A stretch of DNA of 64,000 nt from an uncultured bacterium (GTDB lineage: Bacteria > Myxococcota_A > UBA796 > CAJQPC01), in assembly GCA_963934385.1 (NCBI GenBank), contig CAWVYO010000001.1, forward strand, positions 4,765 through 68,764, read 5' to 3'. This document shows, in pieces, positions 30,586 to 39,240 of this stretch. The translations under genes and the position numbers were made by a program. The notes under the pieces are model-generated. The model had not been told where the DNA came from. It ran no database searches and saw nothing but the letters and a program-made list of their open reading frames with translations. Each line of letters opens with the position of its first letter. Position 1 is the first letter of the stretch.

Positions 30586-33396
30586 TCATTTAGTACCCGC
30601 CAGTACGTCCTCTAATTTTGCGATCATTTTTTTAAGATGTGTTTCTGGGGAGAGCTTAAGCTCTTTTGCAATTTTCGATGCGTCCTCGAGTGCACTCTTA
30701 GCGACATCGAGATGACCAAGGTGGTGGGCTATCAGTCCCTTTTGGCAGCTCAGTTGCCCGTCGTAATCTGGGTAGTCAGGTCGGACAAAGTTCTCGGCCT
30801 GTTGAACCAGGACTTCGGCTTCGTCGAGTTGTCCTAATCGAGTATATAGTAAGGCCAGTTGACCCCGAAGAGTCATCGAGCGGAGTGGCCAGAGCTCATC
30901 AAGGATTTCGATCGATAATTTGTAATACTCGCAACTCTTTTCGAATTCGGACTGTAGGTCTAAAATTCCAGCTAGATTACCCAGTTCAATGCCTTCGAAG
31001 AAGCGATTACCTACCTCTCGGTGTATGAACAGAGCCTCCTCAAAGTTTGCACGAGCGCTCAGAATTTGCCCTTGCCCATCACGCATGCAACCTAGATTAC
31101 CTAAAGCAGCGCCCTCAAACACTCGATTACCCACCTCTCGGTGAATGGCTATAGCGGTTTCGAAGTATATGGCAGCGCGCTCAGTTTCATTTTTTTGTTG
31201 GTAGAAGTTGCCCAGATTGGCCAGAATCTTTCCTTCATTACAACGGTCGCCTTCTTCCCGAAGGCCAGCGAGAGCAGCCTCGTAATGGGCACCAGCCTCA
31301 TCTACTTTACCCATGTTTACTTTTACAATTGCGATCCCACTCAAGACGCACCATGCGCTTCGTTGGTCTTCCAGTTTTAGGTACAGTTGATAGCTGTTCT
31401 CCAGTTCAGCAAGTGACTCATCCAGCCGACCTACTTGCCTCAACATAATGCCATTCCTAAACCCAAGTCTTGCTTTAAACCGAGGTGTACAGCCGTCACT
31501 AGACATTACGAGTTCGGCCAAGCTCAAGCCATCCTGAATGGGACCTTTGCTACGGAACACGAAGATTGCCGCCAGAGCTGCCTGGGCTGCGACGTCGATA
31601 GCCCCTTGCGACAAGCCTATAGTTACTGATTGCTTAAGGTTGTCCAGCTCTAGCGTTAGCGCCTGCTGACGTGCAACGCCTCCGTGGATGAAAAGGGCAT
31701 CCAACGATTCGTCAGTGCCCAGTTCTGCGTAGTAGCGTGCGTGTCGGAGCCGGTGGACTGCTGCCGTCCCCCCCTCTTCTAGCTTCTGAGCGGCATAGGC
31801 TTGAATGGACTCGAATATACCCACGCGACAATCGCCTATTTTAGACTCTCGTGTGTGCAGTAAGCTGTGGTCGATCAATGTTTCAATCACATCCATTACC
31901 AACTCGGCACAATCCCCAAGATCGAGTACAGCCTCGGCCGCCTTAAGGTCAAACCCCCCCTTGAAGACCGAGCATTGAGCCAGTGCAAGCTGTTCCCATG
32001 GTTTTAGCATCTCCCATGACCAGTCGATAGCACCCTGCAGCGTTGTCTGTCGTGCAGTCCGGTCTCTTCTTTTGGCTCGCAACAGTCGAAACCGATGGCT
32101 TAGGCGCTCTAGTATTTGGGCTGGCTCAAGCAGTTGGATCCGTGCGGCAGCCAGTTCAACAGCCAGCGCTATTCCGTCGAGCTTGGTCACTATTTCCTCA
32201 ACCACCAAACGATTCTCGTCGTTCAGAACAAAGTCCGACACATTGGCTCGAGCTCTCTCTTCGAAGAGTTGGACTGCTTCTTCAAAGTCGTGTGGTCTCA
32301 GGTTGTAGACATGTTCACCGCCGATATTCAGTCGTATTCGACTGGTCACAATGAAGATCGCTTCTGGCGCATGAAGCATCCACGAGGCTACAGACTTGGC
32401 TGCTGCGTCCACTATCTGTTCAAAATTGTCCAACACCACCAGCACTCGTTTCCGCTGGGCAAGGGTATTGCCCAGCTGTTCAAGTATATTCACGTTGTTT
32501 AGTGGACTTCCGATCGCGTGCCCCACCGTTTGAATGAAGGCTTCCAAACTGTGAGCCTCACTCAGATCACAGAACCATACCCCTCCTGGAAAATGATCTA
32601 GTTGCTCTGCGGCAAAGCGTAGCGCGAGTCGGGTTTTACCAAGACCTCCCGTTCCCAGGATGGTGATTAGATGCTGCCCTTTCTCGACCCTAGAACCCAG
32701 TTCAGTCAACGCATCAGCACGTCCGATGAATGAGTCCACTCGAGCGGGGAGGTTGGTCTTGCGCAGCTCGGGGGTTTTAAGCTTCGGAAAGCGACGACTT
32801 GAGAGTGAAGGTGGCAATAGCTGGCGGATGCGCTCTCTCGACTCAAGCCCTCGAAGCGCATGCTCACCAAGATCTTCCACTACAACCAGATCCATCGCTC
32901 CCAAGGCAGCCCAGGTGGCATCGGAGATCAACAACTGTCCCCCGTGTCCCGCGCTGGAAAGACGCGCTGCGCGATTCACATCGGGACCAAAGAAATCGCT
33001 CCGTCCGGTAACTGGATCCTTGCGCTCAACTGGATTGCCCGTATGAATTCCCATTCGCACGCGAAGACCCCTAAATGTCCCGTCTGTATTGGTTCCGGAC
33101 AAGGACGATATGTTGGGTGAGCGAAGCTCGTCGGGCCAGTTCGCTTCGTTCAGCATGTGCTGAGCATCTAAGCAAAACCTAACGGCGTCACTGGGCTCGG
33201 GAAAGGCAATCATGAAGGAGTCGCCCTCGGTTTTGACTTCGTAGCCGCAATGCGCCTGAATGGATTTACGCATGATCCGGTTGTGAATATCGAGTATATC
33301 TATGAATTCATCGCCAAAATGTTCCCACAACACAGTTGAGCCCTCGATGTCGGTGAAAACCAGAGTGACGGAGGAGTGAGTTGAAAAGTCGAGCAT
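30586..33396 (-). CDS. Class III adenylate/guanylate cyclase fused to a STAND (NB-ARC/AAA_16-like) NTPase and TPR repeats
   Basis: Cyclase: 'LVFTDIEGST', 'EVKTEGDSFMIAF', 'RVRMGIHTG', 'GPDVNRAARL'. NTPase: Walker A 'ILGTGGLGKTRLA', Walker B 'VLVVLDNFEQ'. C-terminal repeats 'H/FREVGNRxFEGxxLGNL' are TPR_12-like. Start moved to ATG 33396; the track uses TTG 33417. Confidence 0.85.
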   Translation of the reverse strand: MLDFSTHSSVTLVFTDIEGSTVLWEHFGDEFIDILDIHNRIMRKSIQAHCGYEVKTEGDSFMIAFPEPSDAVRFCLDAQHMLNEANWPDELRSPNISSLSGTNTDGTFRGLRVRMGIHTGNPVERKDPVTGRSDFFGPDVNRAARLSSAGHGGQLLISDATWAALGAMDLVVVEDLGEHALRGLESRERIRQLLPPSLSSRRFPKLKTPELRKTNLPARVDSFIGRADALTELGSRVEKGQHLITILGTGGLGKTRLALRFAAEQLDHFPGGVWFCDLSEAHSLEAFIQTVGHAIGSPLNNVNILEQLGNTLAQRKRVLVVLDNFEQIVDAAAKSVASWMLHAPEAIFIVTSRIRLNIGGEHVYNLRPHDFEEAVQLFEERARANVSDFVLNDENRLVVEEIVTKLDGIALAVELAAARIQLLEPAQILERLSHRFRLLRAKRRDRTARQTTLQGAIDWSWEMLKPWEQLALAQCSVFKGGFDLKAAEAVLDLGDCAELVMDVIETLIDHSLLHTRESKIGDCRVGIFESIQAYAAQKLEEGGTAAVHRLRHARYYAELGTDESLDALFIHGGVARQQALTLELDNLKQSVTIGLSQGAIDVAAQAALAAIFVFRSKGPIQDGLSLAELVMSSDGCTPRFKARLGFRNGIMLRQVGRLDESLAELENSYQLYLKLEDQRSAWCVLSGIAIVKVNMGKVDEAGAHYEAALAGLREEGDRCNEGKILANLGNFYQQKNETERAAIYFETAIAIHREVGNRVFEGAALGNLGCMRDGQGQILSARANFEEALFIHREVGNRFFEGIELGNLAGILDLQSEFEKSCEYYKLSIEILDELWPLRSMTLRGQLALLYTRLGQLDEAEVLVQQAENFVRPDYPDYDGQLSCQKGLIAHHLGHLDVAKSALEDASKIAKELKLSPETHLKKMIAKLEDVLAGTK

Positions 33397-33701
33397 AGGC
33401 AGCACATTGTGGCACAACGAGTGTTTAAACAGGCTCTTTTTCTGGATAAATCAGTTCACAGCGTAAGGGCATCCCCTGCCGCCGACTCTGACCTTGAGTT
33501 CTCCGTTTTGGTCATTCATGTGAGCGAGAAATAGCATACGGAGCAAAGCTACTCGATATCAATCTCCCAGAACGGTCTGTTTAATTGAGACTCATTGGCT
33601 AGCACTTCCCTTCCCAAGGACTTTGGCAGTACCACAGCGCCCAGACTTCATCAATCCTTTTTAGACACCCAACAATATCTGAGAGAACGAGCCTGTGAGC
33701 C

Positions 33702-34835
33702 CTATTCTAAAATAGCCCGCCACTCTTCGTCGCTGCCCTGCACGAAATCGGCAAACTCTACAAAAAAGTCGTCCATAGTGCGATCAAAATGGAGCTGAAA
33801 GGATGCATCTCTGCCCATGGTGGGAACATCCTTGATGAAATCTTTGAGTACTTTATCCACATTGTCATCCATGGCGTGCACTAGGTATGCCCAAGCCCAT
33901 GAACCCAACTGGTAGTAGACCGCAGCGGCTGAGAAATCGGAACTTTCCCAGTAGCTTTCATCCTCAAGATCAAAACTATCGTTGTCAGCCAAAAAGTCGT
34001 CGATACCTTCTGGAGATATATTTCCACCAGCATTCTTTATGCTCATCATCTGACTTACAAAATCCGGTCCCCACCCTGTCTCGTCGCCAAATCTCGCAGC
34101 AGAATAGGTTGCTTGACCTTCCATAATCCAAGAGTTCAAACCATAATCTGAGTCCCTATCATGGGTAAGTATATGTGCTACTTGGAAGATGTGGTTGTAC
34201 TCATGAATGGTGATGGCTCGAACCTCGCTCCGTTTTGGATTGATCATCATCAAGTCCATCAACGGGTTGCAGCCAGAATTGCCTGAGATGCTGAAATATC
34301 CGCCTTCACCGCTGTTAGCGGCATCTAATTCTTCTGAGCCAAAGGGGTTATCGAAGAAATCGTCTACCTGATTCTCGACGGGATAGCACGCGTCTTCAAC
34401 AGCCCGGCGCTCGGCCCGAAGGTGCCAAATATCGTTATTACTCTCCTCGCTGGTTGGACCCATAAAGTAGACGTAGACAGGTCCATAAGCCCCAAAATAA
34501 TCTCTGCTGTAATTGTAGGCTTCCCAGAATCGGGCTTGGATGGCTCCGTCCGCATCAAAGCCCTCGGTAATGTTGCAGGTAGTGCTGGGGTTTACCGTGG
34601 CGTGTCCCTCTTCTAAGGGACAATCCCAGAAGTCTTCAATGCAATCATCAGGAACACTTGGATAAGGCGGGTAGAGGTGGTCACTCTCATTCGGCGTGAA
34701 ACACTGGTCTGTTATGGGTTCAGACGAACCAGTATCGGCATAGGTGTCCGATGTATCAGCAGGTTGCTTTTCATTGGTCAATGTCGAGCAAGCAACACCC
34801 AGTGAAATCGCAGCCAACATCCAGACGGTACGCAT
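33702..34835 (-). CDS. Putative zinc metallopeptidase lipoprotein (HExxH...E, gluzincin-like)
   Basis: Lipobox 'LGVAC/S'. 'AITIHEYNHIFQVAH' (HExxH), followed by 'WIMEGQATYSA' as a possible third-ligand Glu. Family not recognised beyond the motif. Confidence 0.6.
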   Translation of the reverse strand: MRTVWMLAAISLGVACSTLTNEKQPADTSDTYADTGSSEPITDQCFTPNESDHLYPPYPSVPDDCIEDFWDCPLEEGHATVNPSTTCNITEGFDADGAIQARFWEAYNYSRDYFGAYGPVYVYFMGPTSEESNNDIWHLRAERRAVEDACYPVENQVDDFFDNPFGSEELDAANSGEGGYFSISGNSGCNPLMDLMMINPKRSEVRAITIHEYNHIFQVAHILTHDRDSDYGLNSWIMEGQATYSAARFGDETGWGPDFVSQMMSIKNAGGNISPEGIDDFLADNDSFDLEDESYWESSDFSAAAVYYQLGSWAWAYLVHAMDDNVDKVLKDFIKDVPTMGRDASFQLHFDRTMDDFFVEFADFVQGSDEEWRAILE

Positions 34836-34890
34836 ACACTCTCCCTACTTGAGGCTCTATTATATACAGTTTTTTCGGCTGAGTCGAGAG
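34740..34890 (-). repeat. Copy A of a ~150-bp dispersed repeat (promoter + 5' UTR + first ~32 codons of the lipoprotein gene)
   Basis: Aligns with 35388-35540. Shared strings include a 13-nt exact match ATAGGTGTCCGAT, GCAGCCAA(C/T)ATCCAG and ACGCATAC(A/G)CTCTCCC. Confidence 0.8.
34859..34887 (-). promoter_or_regulatory. Predicted sigma-70-type promoter of the metallopeptidase lipoprotein gene (-35 TCGACT, 17-nt spacer, -10 TATAAT)
   Basis: The minus strand reads TCGACT (34887-34882), a 17-nt spacer, then TATAAT (34864-34859), about 24 nt upstream of ATG 34835. The block is conserved in the paralogous copy at 35500-35540. Confidence 0.45.
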
Positions 34891-34932
34891 GAGCCGCTCA
34901 TAAGCCCACAGGCTTCTAGTTGGGAAAGTCCG

Positions 34933-35370
34933 TTAGCTGTCTGCCAAGTTGATCGGCTTGCTGCTCACCACAAAGGTCCCCGAACCTGTGGCTATTAGGC
35001 GACCAGATACACTCCTCACCTCCATGCTCGCCACGCACATCCTCTTCCCAGCACGAACAATTTTACCGATGGCTCGGAGATCTTCCTGGTTTGCAGGCTC
35101 GTGGAGACGAACCGTCAACTCTGATGTATTGACCCAATTGTCGTACTTTAAGGCAGCGGTGAACCAGCCTGCATTATCGAGTAATGTGGCGATGACTCCT
35201 CCATGAGTGTCCTTCATGGCATGGCATAATTTTGATTTGTATGGCATCTCGAACAGAGCATTACCGTTTTCGTCGTAGCTGAGCTCCATTCCGAAGGTGT
35301 GCTTCATTGGTGCGAGGTCGAAGAACTTACTGAGTAGTGCTGCGCGTTTGGCATTCTGGGTTGTAGTCAT
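34933..35370 (-). CDS. PaaI/YbgC-type hot-dog fold thioesterase
   Basis: 'DTHGGVIATLLDNAGWFTA' and 'ASMEVRSVSGRLIATGSGTF'. 145 aa. Confidence 0.8.
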   Translation of the reverse strand: MTTTQNAKRAALLSKFFDLAPMKHTFGMELSYDENGNALFEMPYKSKLCHAMKDTHGGVIATLLDNAGWFTAALKYDNWVNTSELTVRLHEPANQEDLRAIGKIVRAGKRMCVASMEVRSVSGRLIATGSGTFVVSSKPINLADS

Positions 35371-35483
35371 GGTGAACCAGTGTTGAGATAGGTGTCCGAT
35401 TCATCAACATATTGCATTTCTGCGGCTGATTTGGAGCAAGTATAATCCAGTGAATTTGCAGCCAATATCCAGGCTATACGCAT
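35367..35483 (-). pseudogene. 38-codon remnant of a paralogous lipoprotein gene (signal peptide + lipobox only); now an upstream ORF ATGA-coupled to the thioesterase gene
   Basis: My translation is MRIAWILAANSLDYTCSKSAAEMQYVDESDTYLNTGSP*. Compare MRTVWMLAAISLGVACSTLTNEKQPADTSDTYADTGSSEP of the 33702-34835 product. The TGA (35369-35367) overlaps the thioesterase ATG (35370-35368). Confidence 0.5.
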
Positions 35484-35540
35484 ACGCTCTCCCAATTTGA
35501 GAATGTATCATACACAAGTTTGTCGAGCTGGGTCGACAAA
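35388..35540 (-). repeat. Copy B of the ~150-bp dispersed repeat (promoter-like region + truncated leader)
   Basis: See copy A. The -10-like TATGAT (minus strand, 35512-35507) and the SD-like GGGAGAG are conserved. Confidence 0.8.
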
Positions 35541-35578
35541 TGCAGGCTCGTTAATGAGAACTGATTATTGAAACCCAT

Positions 35579-36064
35579 TTACTGGGGATCACGCAATACC
35601 ATCGCGACTGTGTAGTCTTTATGCTTTAGCGTACCCACTTCCTTGAACGCATATCTCTTATGAAAACGCATTGAGCCAGGATTTGGGGGCTGTAGGTTCA
35701 CCTCCGCGGCAATAGGCCACCCACGCTGCTCTGCATCTTGAATAACCTGAGCATATAAAAGCGATCCGATTTTACGATTTCGGTGGGTTTGGGCGATGGC
35801 AATTCGGTCCACATACAAGAAATTATCGTACCGTTCATTGAACCAAGCGTAGTTCAAGCTAGCGTAGCGCGTTTTAGGTAGAAGACAGATAACAAAACCT
35901 ACCAACTCGTCTTCGTCGAAAGCCCCAAGCGGAAGCACAGCTAAGCTTAGAAGGTCCGCGAGCTCTTGCTTTGTGACCTGACCCACACCAGGGTCTCCAT
36001 CTACATTGATACGGAATAAGGTTGGAAGATCATCGGTCTGAAGTGCTCTAATCGTCAACGACAT
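35579..36064 (-). CDS. GNAT family N-acetyltransferase
   Basis: 'IAIAQTHRNRKIGSLLYAQVIQDAEQRGW' is the acetyl-CoA binding motif A. 161 aa. Confidence 0.8.
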   Translation of the reverse strand: MSLTIRALQTDDLPTLFRINVDGDPGVGQVTKQELADLLSLAVLPLGAFDEDELVGFVICLLPKTRYASLNYAWFNERYDNFLYVDRIAIAQTHRNRKIGSLLYAQVIQDAEQRGWPIAAEVNLQPPNPGSMRFHKRYAFKEVGTLKHKDYTVAMVLRDPQ

Positions 36065-36152
36065 GTGACCTCGTCAGTTGAATTTGTCAATCGGGCGAAG
36101 TCGACTCCGCCAAGCGTATATAAAATAATGAATAATGTTTTAGACATCTTCT

Positions 36153-36938
36153 TCAAGTCCTAAGCATTTTCCTAATCAACATTGCCGTCGGATCATGACC
36201 TTCCAAGAACGCAAGTCTTACATCGCTATTGGCGTTCTCTACTTTTACTCTCGTTACAGCTGTATAGTCGGTTCCGTCTGTCACAACTCTCACAGGTCTC
36301 CACTCCGTGTCAAAGGCCTTAATCTCTACAACAGCGCTCTGGGGCAGCACTATTGGTGGCAGCCTTGGTGAGTGAGCGGAGATGGTGGTTAGCTGGGTGT
36401 GTCTCAATGTCGGGTGACAGACAGGTCCACCTGCTGAGAATGAATATGCGGTGGAGCCCAACGCCGTTGCTACAATGAGTCCATCGCAAACCACGCGGTC
36501 GACAACCTCTACCCCATCGACCTCTACTCGAAGGTGTGCTGTCTGACCAGACATACGCTCTAGGTAGACATCGTTTAGTGCCAACCCCTCCAGAGTTTCG
36601 CCACTTTGTGTCAGCGCCATCATTTTTAAACGAGGTACTGACATCTCGCGCCAAGCGCCACGGTTTACTAGCTCTACAATAAGATCTACGTCATCTACGT
36701 CGTTGAGCATAAAGCCGAGCATGCCGCTGTTTAGCCCCAGATATATATATGACTGCCCAAGCTCGGTGATAACCCCCAAGAGAAAGCCGTCGCCACCAAT
36801 TACTAGGCACAATTCATCGGGTAGCGTGGCAAAATCCAGTAACACCTTGAGCTTTTCGTATAGCTTTGTTGAACTCTTTGATTTGGCATCGTAGCGTATC
36901 ATTGGTAGTAGAGTATCTCGGTTTGCAGACAAGTTCAT
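36153..36938 (-). CDS. nadK: NAD(+) kinase
   Basis: 'LVIGGDGFLLG' (GGDG), 'NDVYLER', 'DGLIVATALGSTAYSFSAGGP'. Confidence 0.88.
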   Translation of the reverse strand: MNLSANRDTLLPMIRYDAKSKSSTKLYEKLKVLLDFATLPDELCLVIGGDGFLLGVITELGQSYIYLGLNSGMLGFMLNDVDDVDLIVELVNRGAWREMSVPRLKMMALTQSGETLEGLALNDVYLERMSGQTAHLRVEVDGVEVVDRVVCDGLIVATALGSTAYSFSAGGPVCHPTLRHTQLTTISAHSPRLPPIVLPQSAVVEIKAFDTEWRPVRVVTDGTDYTAVTRVKVENANSDVRLAFLEGHDPTAMLIRKMLRT

Positions 36939-36954
36939 AGATAGTGGTGAGAAT

Positions 36955-37755
36955 GTGAAGCTAAGAAAATACCACGGACTCGGTAACGACTACTTCGTTT
37001 TAGAAGAACCAAGAGGTCTCTCACTGACTCCGGACTTGGTTGTCCATATCTGCCACCGCCATACAGGAGCGGGCAGTGATGGAATATTAGAGCCCGTGGA
37101 GTCTGACATAGCGGACTTCGGTCTGGTTATTCACAACCCAGATGGATCACAGGCTGAGAAGTCTGGCAATGGTCTGAGAATATTCGCTCGTTGGCTATCT
37201 GATCATCGGGACGCAGGGGTTAAATTTACAGTCGAGGTTCCCGCAGGTGTTGTGAGTTGCTCCGTTGGCGCCGACCTAATTACCGTGGGAATGGGCGTAG
37301 CTACCTTTGTGCCAGTGGAGGTACCAGTCGCTTTAGATTGCGAGGCCATCGACTATCCTCACCCTACCCTACCCCTGTCATTTACAGCTGTCGGTATAGG
37401 TAACCCCCACTGTGTTGTTTTCTGTGATGAGCCACTGGATATGCTCCCTTGGCGCAAATGGGGCTCGAGTTTAGAGTGCGATCCACTATTTCCGCGCCGA
37501 ACTAATGTTCAGTTCGTAAATGTTGTGTCTGAGTCGGAGTTAGAAATAAGGATCTGGGAGCGAGGTGCAGGTGAGACATTGGCCTCGGGTAGTTCATCGT
37601 GTGCTGTGGTGGCGGCTGCCCTCAAGAAAGGTCTGGTTAGAACTGGAGAAATAGCAGTTGTCATGCCTGGTGGAGAGATGTCAATTACGATAGATAGCGA
37701 CTATGATATTATTCTTACAGGACCTGTTGAGTTTGTCGGGATCTTTGAGTGTTGA
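36955..37755 (+). CDS. dapF: Diaminopimelate epimerase
   Basis: 'YHGLGNDYFVL', 'SGNGLRIFARWL', 'GIGNPHCVVF' and 'ERGAGETLASGSSSCAVV' (the two catalytic Cys regions). GTG start. Confidence 0.9.
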   Translation: MKLRKYHGLGNDYFVLEEPRGLSLTPDLVVHICHRHTGAGSDGILEPVESDIADFGLVIHNPDGSQAEKSGNGLRIFARWLSDHRDAGVKFTVEVPAGVVSCSVGADLITVGMGVATFVPVEVPVALDCEAIDYPHPTLPLSFTAVGIGNPHCVVFCDEPLDMLPWRKWGSSLECDPLFPRRTNVQFVNVVSESELEIRIWERGAGETLASGSSSCAVVAAALKKGLVRTGEIAVVMPGGEMSITIDSDYDIILTGPVEFVGIFEC

Positions 37756-37833
37756 CTGTAATAAGAGATCTAAACTATTGAAGGTTTGCGCAATTCCTCT
37801 AATAATGAGGTATATAGAAGAGCGGAGTCATGT

Positions 37834-39240
37834 ATGCGTGTCATGTTAATTAGATCCCCTGCTAACCACACGGTTGAGAGTGAGATCCCAGATGCGGTTG
37901 AGGCTGAAAACCTCTCCTATCCGCCTCTGTCGTTGCTTTCAGTCGCTCAATATCTGATTGAAAGGACTGATCACGAGGTAAAAATCCTAGATGCGCAGTT
38001 GCATCAGTGGGATCATGCCGAGGTAGAGAGGCGAATAAGGGAATATGCCCCAGAAGTCGTTGGGATTACTGTTTTTACTGTAGGACTAGTGGATTGCCAC
38101 AAGACTGTTCAGACCGCGAGGCGGTGCCCGTCAGTTAAGCGAGTTGTACTGGGCGGTCCCCACATCAGCGATTTCCCAAAAGAGTCCGTAGGGCTGGACG
38201 GGGTAGATGCTGTTGTGAAAGGTGAAGGTCAGAAGCCACTCGAGTCACTACTTGAGGTTTGGGCAAGGGGTGAGGAAGCCAAAGGGATACCAGGAGTAGT
38301 CGCCCATAAGGATGACCCTATCCCAGAGCAGGACGTGTTTTTATCAGATAACTTGGACGAATATCCAATCCCTGATCGCAGGCTTATCGACTATGAAAAG
38401 TACTACGATGTCATGGGCGCAGGCGGCATCTTTTCTACAATTTTTACCGCGAGAGGTTGTCCTTATCACTGCACCTTCTGCAACACGCCTCGACATAAAT
38501 ATCGGGTGATGTCAGCGGGTAGAATTTGCGATGAGATTCAGGCTTGTCTCGATCTAGGAATCTACGAGATATATTTCGTTGACGACACATTCAACATCAC
38601 TAATCAGCGGGTTCATAACCTCTGTGATGAGATCTTAAAGCGAGGTCAGAAGTTCTCTTGGACAGTTCGTTTTAGGGTAAAATGGGTTGATCGCGAGCTT
38701 TTAGAGAAAATGAAAAAGGCTGGCTGTTCACGTATTCAGTTCGGCGTTGAACAAGGAACTGAAGAAGGGCTAAAGCGATTCAAAAAGGGCGTAAAAATTG
38801 GTGAGATAGAGTCTGCATTCAGGCTGTGTCGTGAGGTGGGTATTCGTACAGTAGCCTATTTCATGATCGGATCTCCCACGGAGAAGTCACGCGCAGACGT
38901 GATGGAGACCATTGACTACTCCATTAAGCTGAAGCCAGACTTTGTGATGTACAACGTACTCACCCCCTTCCCTGGTACAGCCCTGTGGCGCGAAGGAGAA
39001 GAGGCCGGTGTTTTAGACCCAGAACCGTGGTTTGATTTCATGCGAAATCCAAACTCGGATTTCAAAGCACAGGTGTGGGATGAAAATTTCACTCGTGAGG
39101 AGCTGCGAGACTTGCTTTCGATAGCATATAGAAGGTTCTATTGGCGCCCAGAATTTGTAGTAAAAAATCTAATCCAAATAAGAAACGTGAGCGACTTTAA
39201 GCGAAAAGCGGTCGCAGGCGTTAGGTTGTTAATGGGATGA
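37834..39240 (+). CDS. B12-binding domain radical SAM protein (class B), copy 1
   Basis: N-terminal Rossmann-like B12-binding region ('VVGITVFTVGL...VVLGGPHISDFP'). Cluster motif 'ARGCPYHCTFCNTP' (CxxxCxxC). Start moved to ATG 37834; the track uses 37786. Confidence 0.85.
   Translation: MRVMLIRSPANHTVESEIPDAVEAENLSYPPLSLLSVAQYLIERTDHEVKILDAQLHQWDHAEVERRIREYAPEVVGITVFTVGLVDCHKTVQTARRCPSVKRVVLGGPHISDFPKESVGLDGVDAVVKGEGQKPLESLLEVWARGEEAKGIPGVVAHKDDPIPEQDVFLSDNLDEYPIPDRRLIDYEKYYDVMGAGGIFSTIFTARGCPYHCTFCNTPRHKYRVMSAGRICDEIQACLDLGIYEIYFVDDTFNITNQRVHNLCDEILKRGQKFSWTVRFRVKWVDRELLEKMKKAGCSRIQFGVEQGTEEGLKRFKKGVKIGEIESAFRLCREVGIRTVAYFMIGSPTEKSRADVMETIDYSIKLKPDFVMYNVLTPFPGTALWREGEEAGVLDPEPWFDFMRNPNSDFKAQVWDENFTREELRDLLSIAYRRFYWRPEFVVKNLIQIRNVSDFKRKAVAGVRLLMG

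Noticed and set aside
30586-34835. Interpreting the cyclase-STAND-TPR gene plus the neighbouring HExxH lipoprotein as a Pycsar/CBASS-like or Avs-like antiphage system
   Set aside because: No cNMP-binding effector, TIR/TM/nuclease effector, or other defence genes are adjacent. The architecture is also common in signalling proteins. It is reported as an interesting sensor-cyclase, but a defence assignment is unsupported.
37806-37850. 14-codon ORF (MRYIEERSHVCVSC*) overlapping the start of the first radical SAM gene, considered as a RiPP precursor
   Set aside because: An ORF of this length is expected by chance. It has no RBS, overlaps the enzyme start in another frame, and neither rSAM protein shows a SPASM/RRE-type peptide-recognition region that I can see.
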